From Amoebophrya sp. A120 (Eukaryota; Protista; Dinoflagellata): DNA of 64,000 nt. The position numbers and the translations under genes are program-made. Of the stretch, positions 25,955 to 38,057 are shown in pieces; within the stretch, counting starts at the first letter, position 1; every line of letters begins with the position of its first letter. The stretch lies in assembly GCA_905178155.1 (NCBI GenBank), contig CAJINV010000015.1:1465440-1529439 (forward strand), read 5' to 3'. A model generated the notes under the pieces. It did no database searches. It saw only the letters and a program-made list of their open reading frames with translations, and was not told the DNA's origin.

Positions 25955-28829
25955 ATGTCGTCGGGTAATAATAACCCCTCTAGCAATCCCACCCCCGCCG
26001 GCGGGGGCGCAGCAGGCTTCCCCAGTTCGACCTCCTCACCGGCCCCTCCTTTCGGCGCCCCCGCGAGGGGCCCATTACCACCTCCTCCCGGGGCCTCGCA
26101 AGGCGGTTTCTTTCCCGCGACTGGGAACAGCCCCGCAACAAGCTCCAGCATATCAAATGCAAATATGTCTGGGGCTGGAAACTTGTGATGCAAGTCCGTG
26201 CACCATAAGTGCTCTGTAGTACTGCGGCGCCAAGCATGACAAGCTTTTTCGTGCTTCTGTGCTGCGTCTTTCGCATGAGAAACTGCGCTTTTGCATGACA
26301 GGCAAGAGGACCTCTTGGTGGCCACGCACTACAGAGTGCAGAGTCATGCCAGACTAGCATGACAAACTTGCAATCAATCTTCCAGACCCAGACATATTTG
26401 CATTTGATACGGCAACAGAAACAACAACCTCTTCACAACTCAGGGTGTTGCTGGGGCGCAAACAAGGGAAGCCGGAGCGGGAGAGCAACAACACTCCGAT
26501 AATTCTCAATCGTCAGAAGCACCTAACGCGAATAACAATCCCAACAACTCTCCCCTGGGGCGGTGGCTGAACGCGTTTCCGAATGCGGGGGGCGGCACCG
26601 CGGCCGCGGCCAATAACGAGATGGCCGAGCGGGCGCTGCGGCAGAATCACTACTCAATACGATTGAGGATATGCTGCGAGGTCTTGCTCTTTCTGGGCTG
26701 CATACATCTCGGAATATTCTTATCAAAGTGTGAAAGAGTTTTTTTGCTGTACTCTTGCTTTGCAACACAGATTTTTGCTTACGCGAATTCGACGTTTCTG
26801 TCATGCTGGGTGTGCTGTACTAATAGTTAGTCTATTAGTATAAAAGTTGGGGATAGGGAATTTGTGTTGCAAAGTCGGCATGTTTAGAAAAGTTGATACT
26901 CTCCGGATTGGTGGAACGGCGTGACGAACATCGGGATTGCGATATTGCTGTATAATATTATGGTTCATTCTTTGTCATGCGTGACGACACGCTTGCAAAT
27001 TACTTGCGGACAACACGCATGAAGTTTGGCCCTTCCCAGAACGAAGATTCCGTTCGATAAATGAATGTCATAAAGTATCGAAACTATCTATCAAATGCAA
27101 ATATGTCTGGGTCTGGAAACTTGTGATGCTGAGTTGTGAACAGTGAATCCTCTGTAATGCACAGCCAAGCATGAGAAATATTTGCGCGGCTTAGACTTAG
27201 TGTTGCGCTTTCCGGATGACGAATTGCGTTTTGCATGACACGCAGGAGGGTCTCTTCCTAGACACGCACTACAAACTCTTCAGTCATGCCAGACAACCAT
27301 GACAAACTTCCAGACCCAGGCATATTTGCAATGCATACTATCTGCAGGTCTACCTCCTTATTTCGGCGCGCCTCGATCTCTATGCATTGCAAAAGTATCG
27401 TACTCGTATAAGTGCATTACAAATTTCCTCAGCGTGAGAAATAAGATTTGTCATGCGGATTTGCCTGAAGAAAAAGATTTGTAATGCATAATTGCAATAC
27501 GAGTGCGATACTTTTGCAGTTCATGATCTCCACGCTGGTTTCCGTCGTGCTTCTCTCTTTTCTCAACGCCCTCGTGCAAATGATCGCGCTTTTGTCTCTG
27601 CTGAAACTGGAGCTGTTCGACAAGGAAGAAGCGCCGGACCAACAAGTGTTGTTCATAGCGTACATTCTGCTCATTTTCTGCGACACCGTCACCATGCTCG
27701 TCACCGGAAACGCCAGCGCCATGCTGCTACGAGACGTGCTGCAGATAATACGTACTATCTAAGTTATAGTTATTCTACATTTTTGATTCAATGCATGTAA
27801 GTAACCAAAATGATCATGTTTTGCAACTGCTAAAACTGATGCTATGAAAATTGAAAAAAAACAGTGCGACAAGAGCAGAGCAACGATCTGGAGAATCCGC
27901 TGTTGCAGGGTGCTATCAAATGTAAAAATGTCTGGGTCTGGGGAATTCTGACACTTGTCATGCACGTTTTGCATGAGTCATGATGTCTATGATGCATCCC
28001 CTAGCAATACAGATTTTTTGAGGGCTTCTTGATGCGTATTCCGCATGGCAAATGCCTTCTCAGCGTAGCAAAAATTGCCTTTCCTTTGGTACTCATGCAA
28101 TACAAATTTTTTTGGAATCCAAATGCAGCATCACAAGTTCGGATTCTTCCAGACCCAGACATTTTTACATTTGATAGATGCCTCCCCCCTAGGCGGCGGT
28201 GGCGGCGGCGGGACCGGCGGCGGGCCACCCAGAGGTATCGCAAGAAAAAAGTGTTACAGTTACACATTGTGTTGCAGGCCAAGCAAGACAGACAAGCTCT
28301 GTCATGCCGGATATGCATCGGAGCCTCCTTTCATAGGTGTTTTCCCGTAGGATTTCTGCATTGCAAGTTTTCTCTCTCATGCAGAGAAATTTGTGTTGCT
28401 GAATTGACAACAAATGTGTAACTGTAACACTTTTTTCGTTCGATAAGAGGTCCCCAAAGTCCAGTGGATCCAGCGATGCAGCGCCCGGGCGACGCCCTGC
28501 AACCTTTCTCCTATCAAATGTAAAAATGTCTGGGTCTGGAAAGTTGGAACTTGTGATGCTAACTTTGGACTCTAAAAAAATCTGTATTGCATGACCAGCA
28601 AGAGGAGCCACATTTGTGCTACGCGAGGAGGGCATTTGTCATGCGGAAATGGCATCAGGAAGCTTTCCAAAAATCTGTGATGCTGGGTCATGCATTACAA
28701 GCATCATGGGTCATGCCAGACAAGCATGACAAACCTTCCATTCTTCCAGAGGCAGACATTTTTACACTTGATATCTCCGGGCGGGCTTTCAAACTGGACG
28801 AACCGAACGGGGCGGGCAGGAGGTTGTGA
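25955..28829 (+). CDS. Multi-pass (~4 TM) membrane protein, ~346 aa, with C-terminal SHP-box-like motif; 8 introners plus GT-AG intron 27752-27864
   Basis: After removals 1041 nt remain, open from MSSGNNNP to ...QPFSGRAFKLDEPNGAGRRL*; hydrophobic segments VLLFLGCIHLGIF, IGIAILLY, LVSVVLLSFLNALVQMIALL, VLFIAYILLIF. Confidence 0.75.
26151..26409. mobile_element. TIR introner family A
   Basis: TSD CAGCA/CGGCA. Confidence 0.92.
26721..26898. mobile_element. TIR introner, degenerate (family H)
   Basis: TATCAA...TTGATA ends, internal GCAACACA/TGTGTTGC motifs; +5 removal restores frame; TSD poorly conserved. Confidence 0.65.
26959..27073. mobile_element. Degenerate introner
   Basis: TATGGTTCATTC...GAATGTCATAA; TSD AATAT/AGTAT; 120-nt removal gives LLYNI|ETICRST. 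Confidence 0.5.
27089..27337. mobile_element. TIR introner family A
   Basis: TSD CTATC. Confidence 0.95.
27381..27525. mobile_element. TIR introner family C
   Basis: TSD ATCTC. Confidence 0.92.
27914..28176. mobile_element. TIR introner family A
   Basis: TSD GGTGC/GATGC. Confidence 0.93.
28236..28445. mobile_element. TIR introner family I
   Basis: TATCG...GAAAAAAGTGTTACAGTTACACATT TIR; TSD AGAGG. Confidence 0.95.
28512..28773. mobile_element. TIR introner family A
   Basis: TSD TCTCC. Confidence 0.95.
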
Positions 28830-28844
28830 GCAACGCGTAGGCGA

Positions 28845-29212
28845 TATTACAATGAAAAATGCCCCCACACTCGAACATGAGAGCATTTGTATTGCAAACC
28901 TTTCCAAATGAAACATTCGCCGTCTTGCATCTATCAGCATCACAGATTTCCAGTCGTGAATAGCAAAAATTTGTATTGCAAAAGACCCCAGCAAGAGCGG
29001 CGCTTGTCATGCAAGCGATGCGATACACGCCTAGACTCTGCATCAGAAAGATTCAGACTCCTTTGATGCATGACGAAAAGTTTTCATTTGGAAACTTCGC
29101 ATCACAAATTGTTGTGCGGTAAGGTGCCCTTACAGGTTGTGTAGTGGTTTCGGTCGGTTCAGCATCACAAATTGTTGCAACTTTGGGGGTGGGGGCATTT
29201 TTCACTGTAATA
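28845..29212. mobile_element. TIR element family F in presumed 3' UTR
   Basis: TATTACAATGAAAAATGCCCCCAC...GTGGGGGCATTTTTCACTGTAATA; TSD GGCGA. Confidence 0.93.
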
Positions 29213-29959
29213 GGCGAGGTGAGTCGTGGCAGGTCAGTTGCAGGTTTTCACAACAGATTACTTTCCTCCGCTTCTTCATCGTCAAGTACTCACTACTAGT
29301 GCCATACTTGCTTCAAGAACAACATGTCGATGTTGTTGAACAAGGTCTTCTACTCCAACCAAGCTCCCCTCGACCCTGGGTTCTTGTGTGCGCGACAACA
29401 GATACTTACTAAACCAGGCTCTGTGCGAGTGCGTAGTTTATACTAGTAAGCCACTAACAAGACGACGACCAACATCATCGCTCTGCTGAGATGAAGTAGA
29501 TCATGGATTCACATAGAAGCAGTTTTTTGTCCGACTGATCTGAAGAAAAACAGATTTCTGTTTTGCTTGTCCGGTTGGAACGAAAAACTTGAGACATGAG
29601 GATCTAAACACCAACATAAAAACCATTTCTGCCAGCAAAAACCCGCATAGTTGTTATTTCGCCTAAGAGAAAATACAGAAACGCTATTCGATTTTCATCT
29701 CGAACGCGCCACACACCTCATTTTCCATCCACATATCAGAGCCGAGGAAGAATACTTAGGGATCGGCTACCTTTTGCGATAATTTCTTTCGAGTCTACAT
29801 CTAAAGAAAGGAGCTGCGTTACAGATATTGGAAAATGAGAAGTTCTGTTTTATTGAACACAAGACTGGACGAGTCCGATATTAAAAATCAGGAGGACTAT
29901 CGCATTCCATTGCAAAAATTTTTCAAGAAACCTGTCAACACTGAGACTGCTCTCTGCCC

Positions 29960-30505
29960 TGCCACTCACTCCATTCTTGTGAGCAGTATTGCTTCAAAGA
30001 TGCGCTTGGGCTTCTTTGCACGTTCTTGTTCACCAGATCCAGATCTGTCGGGACAACGACAGATCCATAGTTAGGGGGTGGGACAGGAAGTAGACATTCA
30101 CAGAATCTGGAGTAAAATGCCCATGATGTTTCTTTTATTGTGGTAGGAATAGGGCAGAGGTTTTTCAGGAAGACCGGTGGACACGGAAGGAAGACAAGAC
30201 ATGTTGAGAGACGGCACAAGTTAAGTGCTTGGTTTTTTTTTTAATATGCTAATTTTTTTTCCGTCTCTGCATCTGCTAGTGCAACACTAGCTTCCATTTT
30301 ATCTTGGAGATGAGGGTTTTTGTTTGTGTTTGTCTTCGAAGAGTCCCCGCTTTTGTAACCAATGAATTTCTTAATCTTATCCTCATGGCGCGCGCGCGCT
30401 CTGGATACCTGCCACTCACTCCATTCTTGCGAGCAGTATTGCTTCAAAGATGCGCTTCTTGGGCTTCTTTGCACGTTCTTGTTCAGCAGCTCTGTCGGGA
30501 CACAG
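29960..30505 (+). repeat. ~80-90 bp direct repeat, 2 copies (~29960-30050, ~30410-30500)
   Basis: GCCACTCACTCCATTCTTGYGAGCAGTATTGCTTCAAAGATGCGCTT...CTTCTTTGCACGTTCTTGTTCA. Confidence 0.85.
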
Positions 30506-31277
30506 AAATGTAGCAGCACCCGGCTTCAACGCTCAGCGTTTCTACTCCTAGCAAGTAGGGAGCAGCACCAATGCTCAAGATCTTCCTGACGAAAAATTTT
30601 CTTCTGTGGTCCGTTGCCATTTTCTTTTTTATAATTTTTTTACCGTCGCGAACGCTTGGCGTGACACAAATCGCGGACGCTTTTTGTGAACGAATATTGT
30701 ATAATTGCATTGTATTGCCAGCGTCTTCGCGTTCATCCTTTATTTAGCTGGTAGTTGTCGTTGCTTGTGCTTTTCAGCACGATCGCAATTAAAAAGTTTT
30801 TTGTGGTAGCATCAGACATGGAACGTTAGAGTCTTCTGTAGGATCGACATGCGCGAGCTTTGGTCCAAGAAAAATGACGAGGGCGCGATACCAGGTTTGA
30901 TGGAACAAGGCTGTGTAATTTGTCCACTCACAACTTCAGCGTTCTTGCTGTTGCAACTCCTGCACTCCGGGGCTTTTTGTGCGTCACACAACAAGTTGAA
31001 GTTGACGTTCATCTCATAGAGTTTTTCTCTCGGGTCGAAGAAGCACATCGTGAATATGCCCGACGCGACCACACGGGAACTCCTCCAGCTGTGCGAAAAA
31101 GCAGGTTGGAAGCCGGAACGAATCAATGGCAGCCATATTCGAGCGAACTCTTGATCGTGATGAATCACGTCAGAAGTGTATAGGCTTGTGCCGGAGCCGG
31201 GGTTTATTTGGATAGATCATGATAGATGACGATGATGATGCAGAGGTCGTGTTGGTGGAGACGCTTAGTCAAAAAGA

Positions 31278-34200
31278 TTGCTCCTGGTCGTACAAGATAT
31301 TTGCAGATTAAAAGACCAAGACATTTTTACTCCGACAACGACTTGTGCGTGCGTTCAAGATCAAGATTTTGCTGTGATAAGTCACACGATTTTCACGCGA
31401 CCGAACTGTGGGAGCTTTCCGATTGCTATCCATGGCAACCGGGTCCGGCCCGACGTCTGTCGCGGAGTCCTGCGGCACCTGCTTGCGCACGCCAGCTGCC
31501 CAACCCACAGCGGCACGGGCGCCAACGGGGAAAAGCTGCACTGCCTGTGTCGGCAGCGAGCAGACGGTGATCGGAAGGCGCGAACGTCGAGAGTCGTGGA
31601 GGGACAACAGCAAGAAGCGGAACTTGGAAGCAATCATGCAGGTGAGCCCCCGTTGTTCGTGCAGAACTCCGTCGAAGAAGAAAACGCTTCTGCTGGTCGG
31701 TGGAAAACGAAGACATCAGGTTCGGCTTCGTCGCACTTTGGCACGACGAGGAAAACAACCAAGATCGATGAGGAGGCGTGGAGACGATTAGAGCAACAGG
31801 CGGAGAAAGAGTACAAGGAGTACATGGAAATGCGAGCAGAGCAAGAAGCGAATTACAGTCAGAAAAAGCAAGAGGTTCACGCCCGTTTGAGGGAGGAAAT
31901 CGAGCAAACCCAGTTCCATTGTCTTGACAAGGTGGACGCAGCACTGGCCAGGAGCGGGCGCGAGCCTGCGAGCAAAGCGGCCACGGCAAAGCTGGCGGGG
32001 ACGAGACGCAGGGAGATCGAACAACTACTGAAGGAAACCAAGCCAATATGGTCCGGCTGTTTAGCGGACAAGTCGTGGCAGGAGAGCGTGCTGCACTTGG
32101 AGTTTTTTGCCGTGTTTCTGATGGCACGGGAAGCCATGTGGGGGCACAAACTGCATTGCGAGGAGCAGCAAAAGCTGCTTTTCTCTGCAGCGGCTCGCGC
32201 GATGGCATGGGGCGGGGACTTTTGGCGACAGCAGAAGAAGATCGCCACAGCACGAAAGAAACTCGCGCGGTTTGTGTTCGAGGAGGCCGTGCTCCGCCCA
32301 ATTGCGTTTGACTACTTCGCCTCCACGTTTTTGCGCAATTTGAAGAGTTGCTACAACTACGAAGAAATCATGATAGAGAACGCGAGGGCGCTGGAACAAA
32401 AGAGCGAGCTACTTGGCGAGGCGGCAGTCCCGAAACTACCCCAAGAAGATGCCCGCGAGGAGTGCGACAGCCACGGCGCGGAACACGAAATACCTGGGCA
32501 AGAACGTGGGCGCCCCTGCTTGTTCGAGAAAGATCCCGACGCTCCTCCGGGACCGGGTTTGCAGCCCGAGACAAGCCCCCCAGACTGCGTGCATCATACA
32601 CACACATCACCCGAGGGGCGGGAGCAGGCACGGCAGCTAGCGCAGCCAGAAACTGAGAACAGGTCTGGTGCCCCACACAGGACCACGGGGGCTGCAGCCG
32701 CACATTCGAAAGCACAGAAGAAGGAGAACAAGAAGACATACAATTCCATTCTTGAGCACGCCTTCGACGACGACTTTAAGCGCATGATGGGCGCTTCGAA
32801 AACCGTGGTGCACTTGCTGTTCGAACACGTTCTTTTTCCGTGGTCGGCATGGGCGGATGGACGGCGAGAAGAGATAGAAACACAACTTCGCAAACAGCGC
32901 TTGCGGGACCAGGAACAGCAATCGGCCCCTTGCATGGGAGGCGCAGCTGTACCACCACAGGACCCGCGTGTCGCAGTCAAAGCGGATGAAACAAGCGCTG
33001 TTGTCGTGCAAAATGACGGAGCGGAACAAGTTGGAAAAAGGGCAGTGGGGCAAGATGTTGGTGATGGAGAATGTAGTTCTGGAAGAGTAAAAATCGCCAT
33101 CACAAATGCGGGGTCGCAGGAGGCGGATGCGGGAGAAGTGAAACCACCTGCCGCGGAGCAGCTGCAGCTTTGCGTGCTCGAAACTTCCTCTTCAGATCGC
33201 AATGCCAGCGAAGAAGAGGTGGTCAACAACATGGACGGTGAAAACAAGATTGCTGTGACTGTTACTAGTGCAGAAGTCGAGGCCGCGTTTCAGAACGAGC
33301 GACCGCCTGGGTCGGTGTTGTGTTGCCCCCGAGACAGCTTACCACTTCTTTATCGCATTGATTTGAGTATGCGTGTGCGAGTAATATGTCGCACAACGCG
33401 GACCCATAGCGATTTGCATTCTGTATCTTATAGTTTTGCACATTTGGCGGAGGCTGCAACATGGACCAGCGCAACGATTGAAGTGCCTGGCAGGCATTGT
33501 TAAGAATGGCGAAAGTTCTGTTGGTTGCTGCTACTTTTTTTTTCCCATCAAAACGAGCACATTTCCTGTGTCATGATGAGAGAAGGATCGCTAGCTGTGC
33601 AGGTAGAATAATTTAAACCGCGCCGCATACCGCAGCTGTGCTTGCTCATAAAGCCCGTGGCTTAGGGCCAGGTAACATGGAATGGTACCAGAGGGATCTG
33701 GTCGCACAAGACGAGCGCGACGGGGCGATCGCGTTGCTGTTGGGGTGCTTAGAGCACCGGGGGCGTGACAGTGTGTTATTTTCCTGGCCGCGTGACCTCG
33801 AGGCAGAAGCACTGGCCCTGTTGACCGACATGGCCACGCGCGTGCTCCAGTGGCAGACTCAGACCAGCTCGAGCAAGGAGCCCCGCGAGCGGGTTAAGCA
33901 GTGCTACCAGCTGTGCACAAAGTTGCGGCAATTCCTCTCCGAGAAGCAGCGATATGAACACCAAGAGCAGATCTTGGCGTCCTTTTCCCCCGATGGTGAT
34001 GAAACTAAGACGACAAGCGAACACGGACCAGGTGCGGACGGGGAGAACGGGAAAGAAAAGCTGAGGGACCTCCGGAGCACGCTGGATAGCAAGCAGCATG
34101 CCCCCACGGTCTGTGTGAATGATCCACAAGATGCTGACGACGAAGAGGCAGAAGGGAGCAGCGAAAACGAAAGCGAAGCTGCCTCACCGACGAACCAACT

Positions 34201-37200
34201 TCTGCTGGCCGCCACGGGGATGAATCTTTGTCAGGGCCGTGGTACGTCCCAGTGTCGCTGGGATCCGGAGGTGATACGAAAGGGCCGCTTCATGCGGGTC
34301 CAAGTCGAGCTTTGTGGTCGGTTGGAGCCTATCTACGACCAGATTTGGAAGCTGTTCAGACTCAAGGGCTACATGGAGGGCACGCCGTTCCGAGTCATAT
34401 GCTCCAAAAATACTTTAGATTTCTCGCAGAAGTTCGCGCACGACAAAATTCAGATTTCTTGTAGCGCGCACGTTGTCCTGAAAGAAAATTCTAAACCTTG
34501 AGCTTGATTATACAAGACACGACGCGCCGCGAGCGAAATTATAGAAAAGCAAATAGACTGCCGTGCTGTCGTGCTGCAATTTATCTTCATTGATCGCTGC
34601 AAGAAGTTTTTTCGCGCGATGCTTGAAGGACAAAAACTGGGAGCCTGCGACCAAGTGTCTGGACGACATGATTTCACTGCTAGAAGAGTTTGAAAAATTC
34701 ATCATCGATACATTCTGTGATGACAAAGCCTCGGAAGCTGGCACCAGCGAAAACGCGGCGCCGGCGACTTCTTCTCCCTTCTCGAGTGCCAACTCTCTTC
34801 GGTTTTTTACGCGAGCACACCAGAGCGATTTTGTGGTAGCGCGTGTGCTCTTCGATAAGCTCTTGCGGGATGCCTGCGGACTTCACGTCAGCCTCGCTAT
34901 GTACGTGGACGCCATTCCTCTCTACCGGCGGGTAAACGAAGAGCTCTACTCATCTAACGCTCCATCGGGAAGTGAAACGGCTGATCTTGACGGCTTCGAA
35001 GCACGAAAACTCGCCAGGAGGCTCAACGCGACGCACGAGATGGAGCGCATGGTAGCGAAGTGCCAGTACCTGTGCGAATCGGGCCTGCGTCTGAACGAAC
35101 TCTTTTACAAATTTGATTTCAATTGGATTGTGCGGCACGGTCCCTCCTTCAGCAACTGGCTTGGCAATCCAAAGTTTGGAGAGACGAGGATGATACTGCT
35201 TCTTCTCCGCTACTCACGTTTTCCTATCAAGTTGAAAATGGGAGATCTGCCTCCAAGACGGACTCGAGCGGGTTTGTACTGGGTTTGTAAATAAGGAAAC
35301 AAAGGTGTACTTTGTTACAGGTGACAGACAACAACATCTAAGTACGCCTTTAGATACAAGTCTGCTTGTAGACAGCAACAGATGATTGTGATGCATCTAA
35401 ATGTTTACTAAAGGTAAAGAAACAGGACGAGAACGCTTTTTGTGTGATGCAATGAGGAAGCCGAGGCCTAGAAGGTTGAGTACCACGACGTTTTCAGCTT
35501 GATACCCGCCCTCACGTTTGTGTTTGTTCCAGTTGTCACCCGAGAATATACCTGCGGAGCCGATTTTCCCGGCTGGGGGCTGGTGTACCTTCTCGCGGAG
35601 GCACTGACCGTCCTCTCCGTGCGACTGCTGGTCGAAGAGAAATTCCCCTTGCTCGAAGAGCCCTGGAGGCTGAGTACAGAAGGCTGGCTTTCGGAAAAGT
35701 GGATGCGGACGGCGGGCGATCACGTTGAAGGTTTTCCACCGCGAAATTCTGTACCGGAGCCCTTGGTGGAGAATGCGCACCGCAGATACCCGACCACGCT
35801 CTACTTCTTCACGAAACAGTATTTCAGCATCATTCCTTTCCTCGCCACCTTTTTACCTGTGACGGACGCCGTGCGGTGCTCGATGTCCTCCGCAGGGGAT
35901 CATGTTGATGAACCAGCTGACGCAATAAAAGCGGCTGGTAGTGGAGTAACTACAGCTCTTGCGTCTTCTTTTCCCGACAGTGAAAGTTCGGCTCCGGTGC
36001 GGGAAGTACAAGTTGTATCATCGGCGTCCGAGACAACTACGTCGACGACCATATTAGATCCCATGGAAGTAGAACGCGACGAGCATGATAGTGGTTCCTC
36101 TACAAGCAGGGGAGCAACCGCATCTTCAGCAGCTCTCTTCACGACCACGCAATTGGTCGTGACAAAGACAACTACTGCAGCTAGCAGCAGCGAGCGCAAG
36201 GTCGGATTTCCGTCCGGGAGCAGTCTGGCCGACCTGCGCCGCGCCATCGAGCTGGCCCCCGAGGTGTACGGCGCGATGAGCGATTACCTGTTCAGCCGCA
36301 CTAATCAGGGAGGAGGGACCGGTACAACGGGAACAGATCGAGTGGCGAAAATTCACCTCGGAGCGGGACGGCGTGTTCCCATGCCCGAAGCTTTTTGCCG
36401 CAAACTCTTCGTCCTGGCGGAACACGTTCGCTTCCAGTTGGAGACCCACATGCGCGGTCCACCGGGAGAACAAGGGCGACGCGCGGGTCCGCCGTCCGTT
36501 CTCGCTGTGCGAGACGCTGCTGCACACATCTGGCCGAGACTGAGACCGTACCTGGCGCAGCAGGACCACAGGGACGCCAGTAAACAAGGGAATAAATCAA
36601 CGTCCTCCAAGGCGAACAAACACCGGGCGAAAAGGCAGGGCAAGTGGGTGGGAAAGACGATGAGCTTCGTCGAACTGGTGGGTACCAGCACGGAAGTGCG
36701 GCAGCTGCTCGAGAGGAAGAGAGAACTGGCAAGCGGTCTCTCACAGGTCTTGTTGGATTTCGCCAAGCGCCTGGGCCGCTGCACGCTCGATCCCGGTGAG
36801 CGTGACGACGATCTGGAACGGAAATTCATGCGGGAAGAATTTCTCGAGGAGGTGGAAGTCGTCGGGAAAGAGGTCGTGGCACCGACGTCCTTACGGAGTC
36901 GGGTCGACGGTCCTGCGGTGGAGAATAAGGATGCAGCTGACGACCTTTATAATGCCGAGTACGCACGCTTCAATGCGGAGGACAGCTTGGACGAGACGGA
37001 TTTTGAGTCCTTCCTCCTGAAACCCATGACGGAGAAGAACGCGCATCTGAAGCTGATGGCCATTTGCCGGGCCTGCCGCGAGCTGCGCGAGACGGCGCGG
37101 CGGCTGGATCGCATCCTGGCGCCGACGGTTTGCACCGGCGTCGAGAGTTTCGCGTCGGAAAACCGAAAGTCGGGGACGGAGGAGGCGATTGCAACCGGGT

Positions 37201-37415
37201 TGCAGCAGATCCGCGAGGTCCTGCTATCCTCCCGTGTAGTTGGCGGGGGCGTCGAGGACTCAAATGCAGCGAGTGCTGATGAACAATGGTGTTTGCTACG
37301 CGATGAGGAAATTTACAAGCCACCGAGCCGGGTGGACGAAGAAAAACTGTTGCCGACCTTGATGGTCGTGCAGGATATAAAAACAGATGAAGTGCTCAGA
37401 ATCTTTGAGGTTTGA
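31278..37415 (+). CDS. Large spliced hypothetical protein gene (helical/coiled-coil segments); start and some junctions unresolved
   Basis: Consecutive long ORFs of 741, 287, 243 and 638 aa; phase-compatible GT-AG intron 33367-33635; no domain recognised. Confidence 0.6.
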
Positions 37416-38057
37416 GCTCAGTTTGGAATCAACATCAGATTTCCGTGTTTTCAACAAAATCATCATGTCGTGAGCTTTTGATGCTTGCGTTCTTGTTTCA
37501 TATCATACATGATAGGTGGTTCTCGGGAAGAATTAGTGTTACGACAGATCATCTGCCAGCAGCAGATTGATTTGTCGCTCTTCCAACCTGGTTTCACTAG
37601 TTCCTCCATTCTGCCCACTTGGAGGAACACGTTGTTGTTCCTTGCTTCAGCCTGAACTTGACTGCAGCCGTGCGTGCTTTTCCCTTTGTTTCCAGAGCGC
37701 AGCTGAATACCAAGTTTCTCATTGGTGTGGAGACAGAGAGAAGTGATTGGAAGAGCAGGCGGATCTTGAATATTGAATTACACAATCAATATCAAAATAA
37801 CTAAGTGCCGCTGCCACCCGGAGGTCAAATCTTCGTGTTGTCCAATCTTCCACAGACCTGACAGAGAGACTACTGCACTAGTGAAGGGAAATGAGATCCT
37901 TAGGAGACAAAAAAGTAAATACTTACCTGAATGAGAATCGTCCGGAACTGGAAGTCGCATAAAACGTGCATCCTCTTCCACCTAGAGGACCGATTTTGAA
38001 ACGATAAAATTGAAATCACATTTGCGCTCGTCCTGTCAGTGACAAACCTGACCAATT

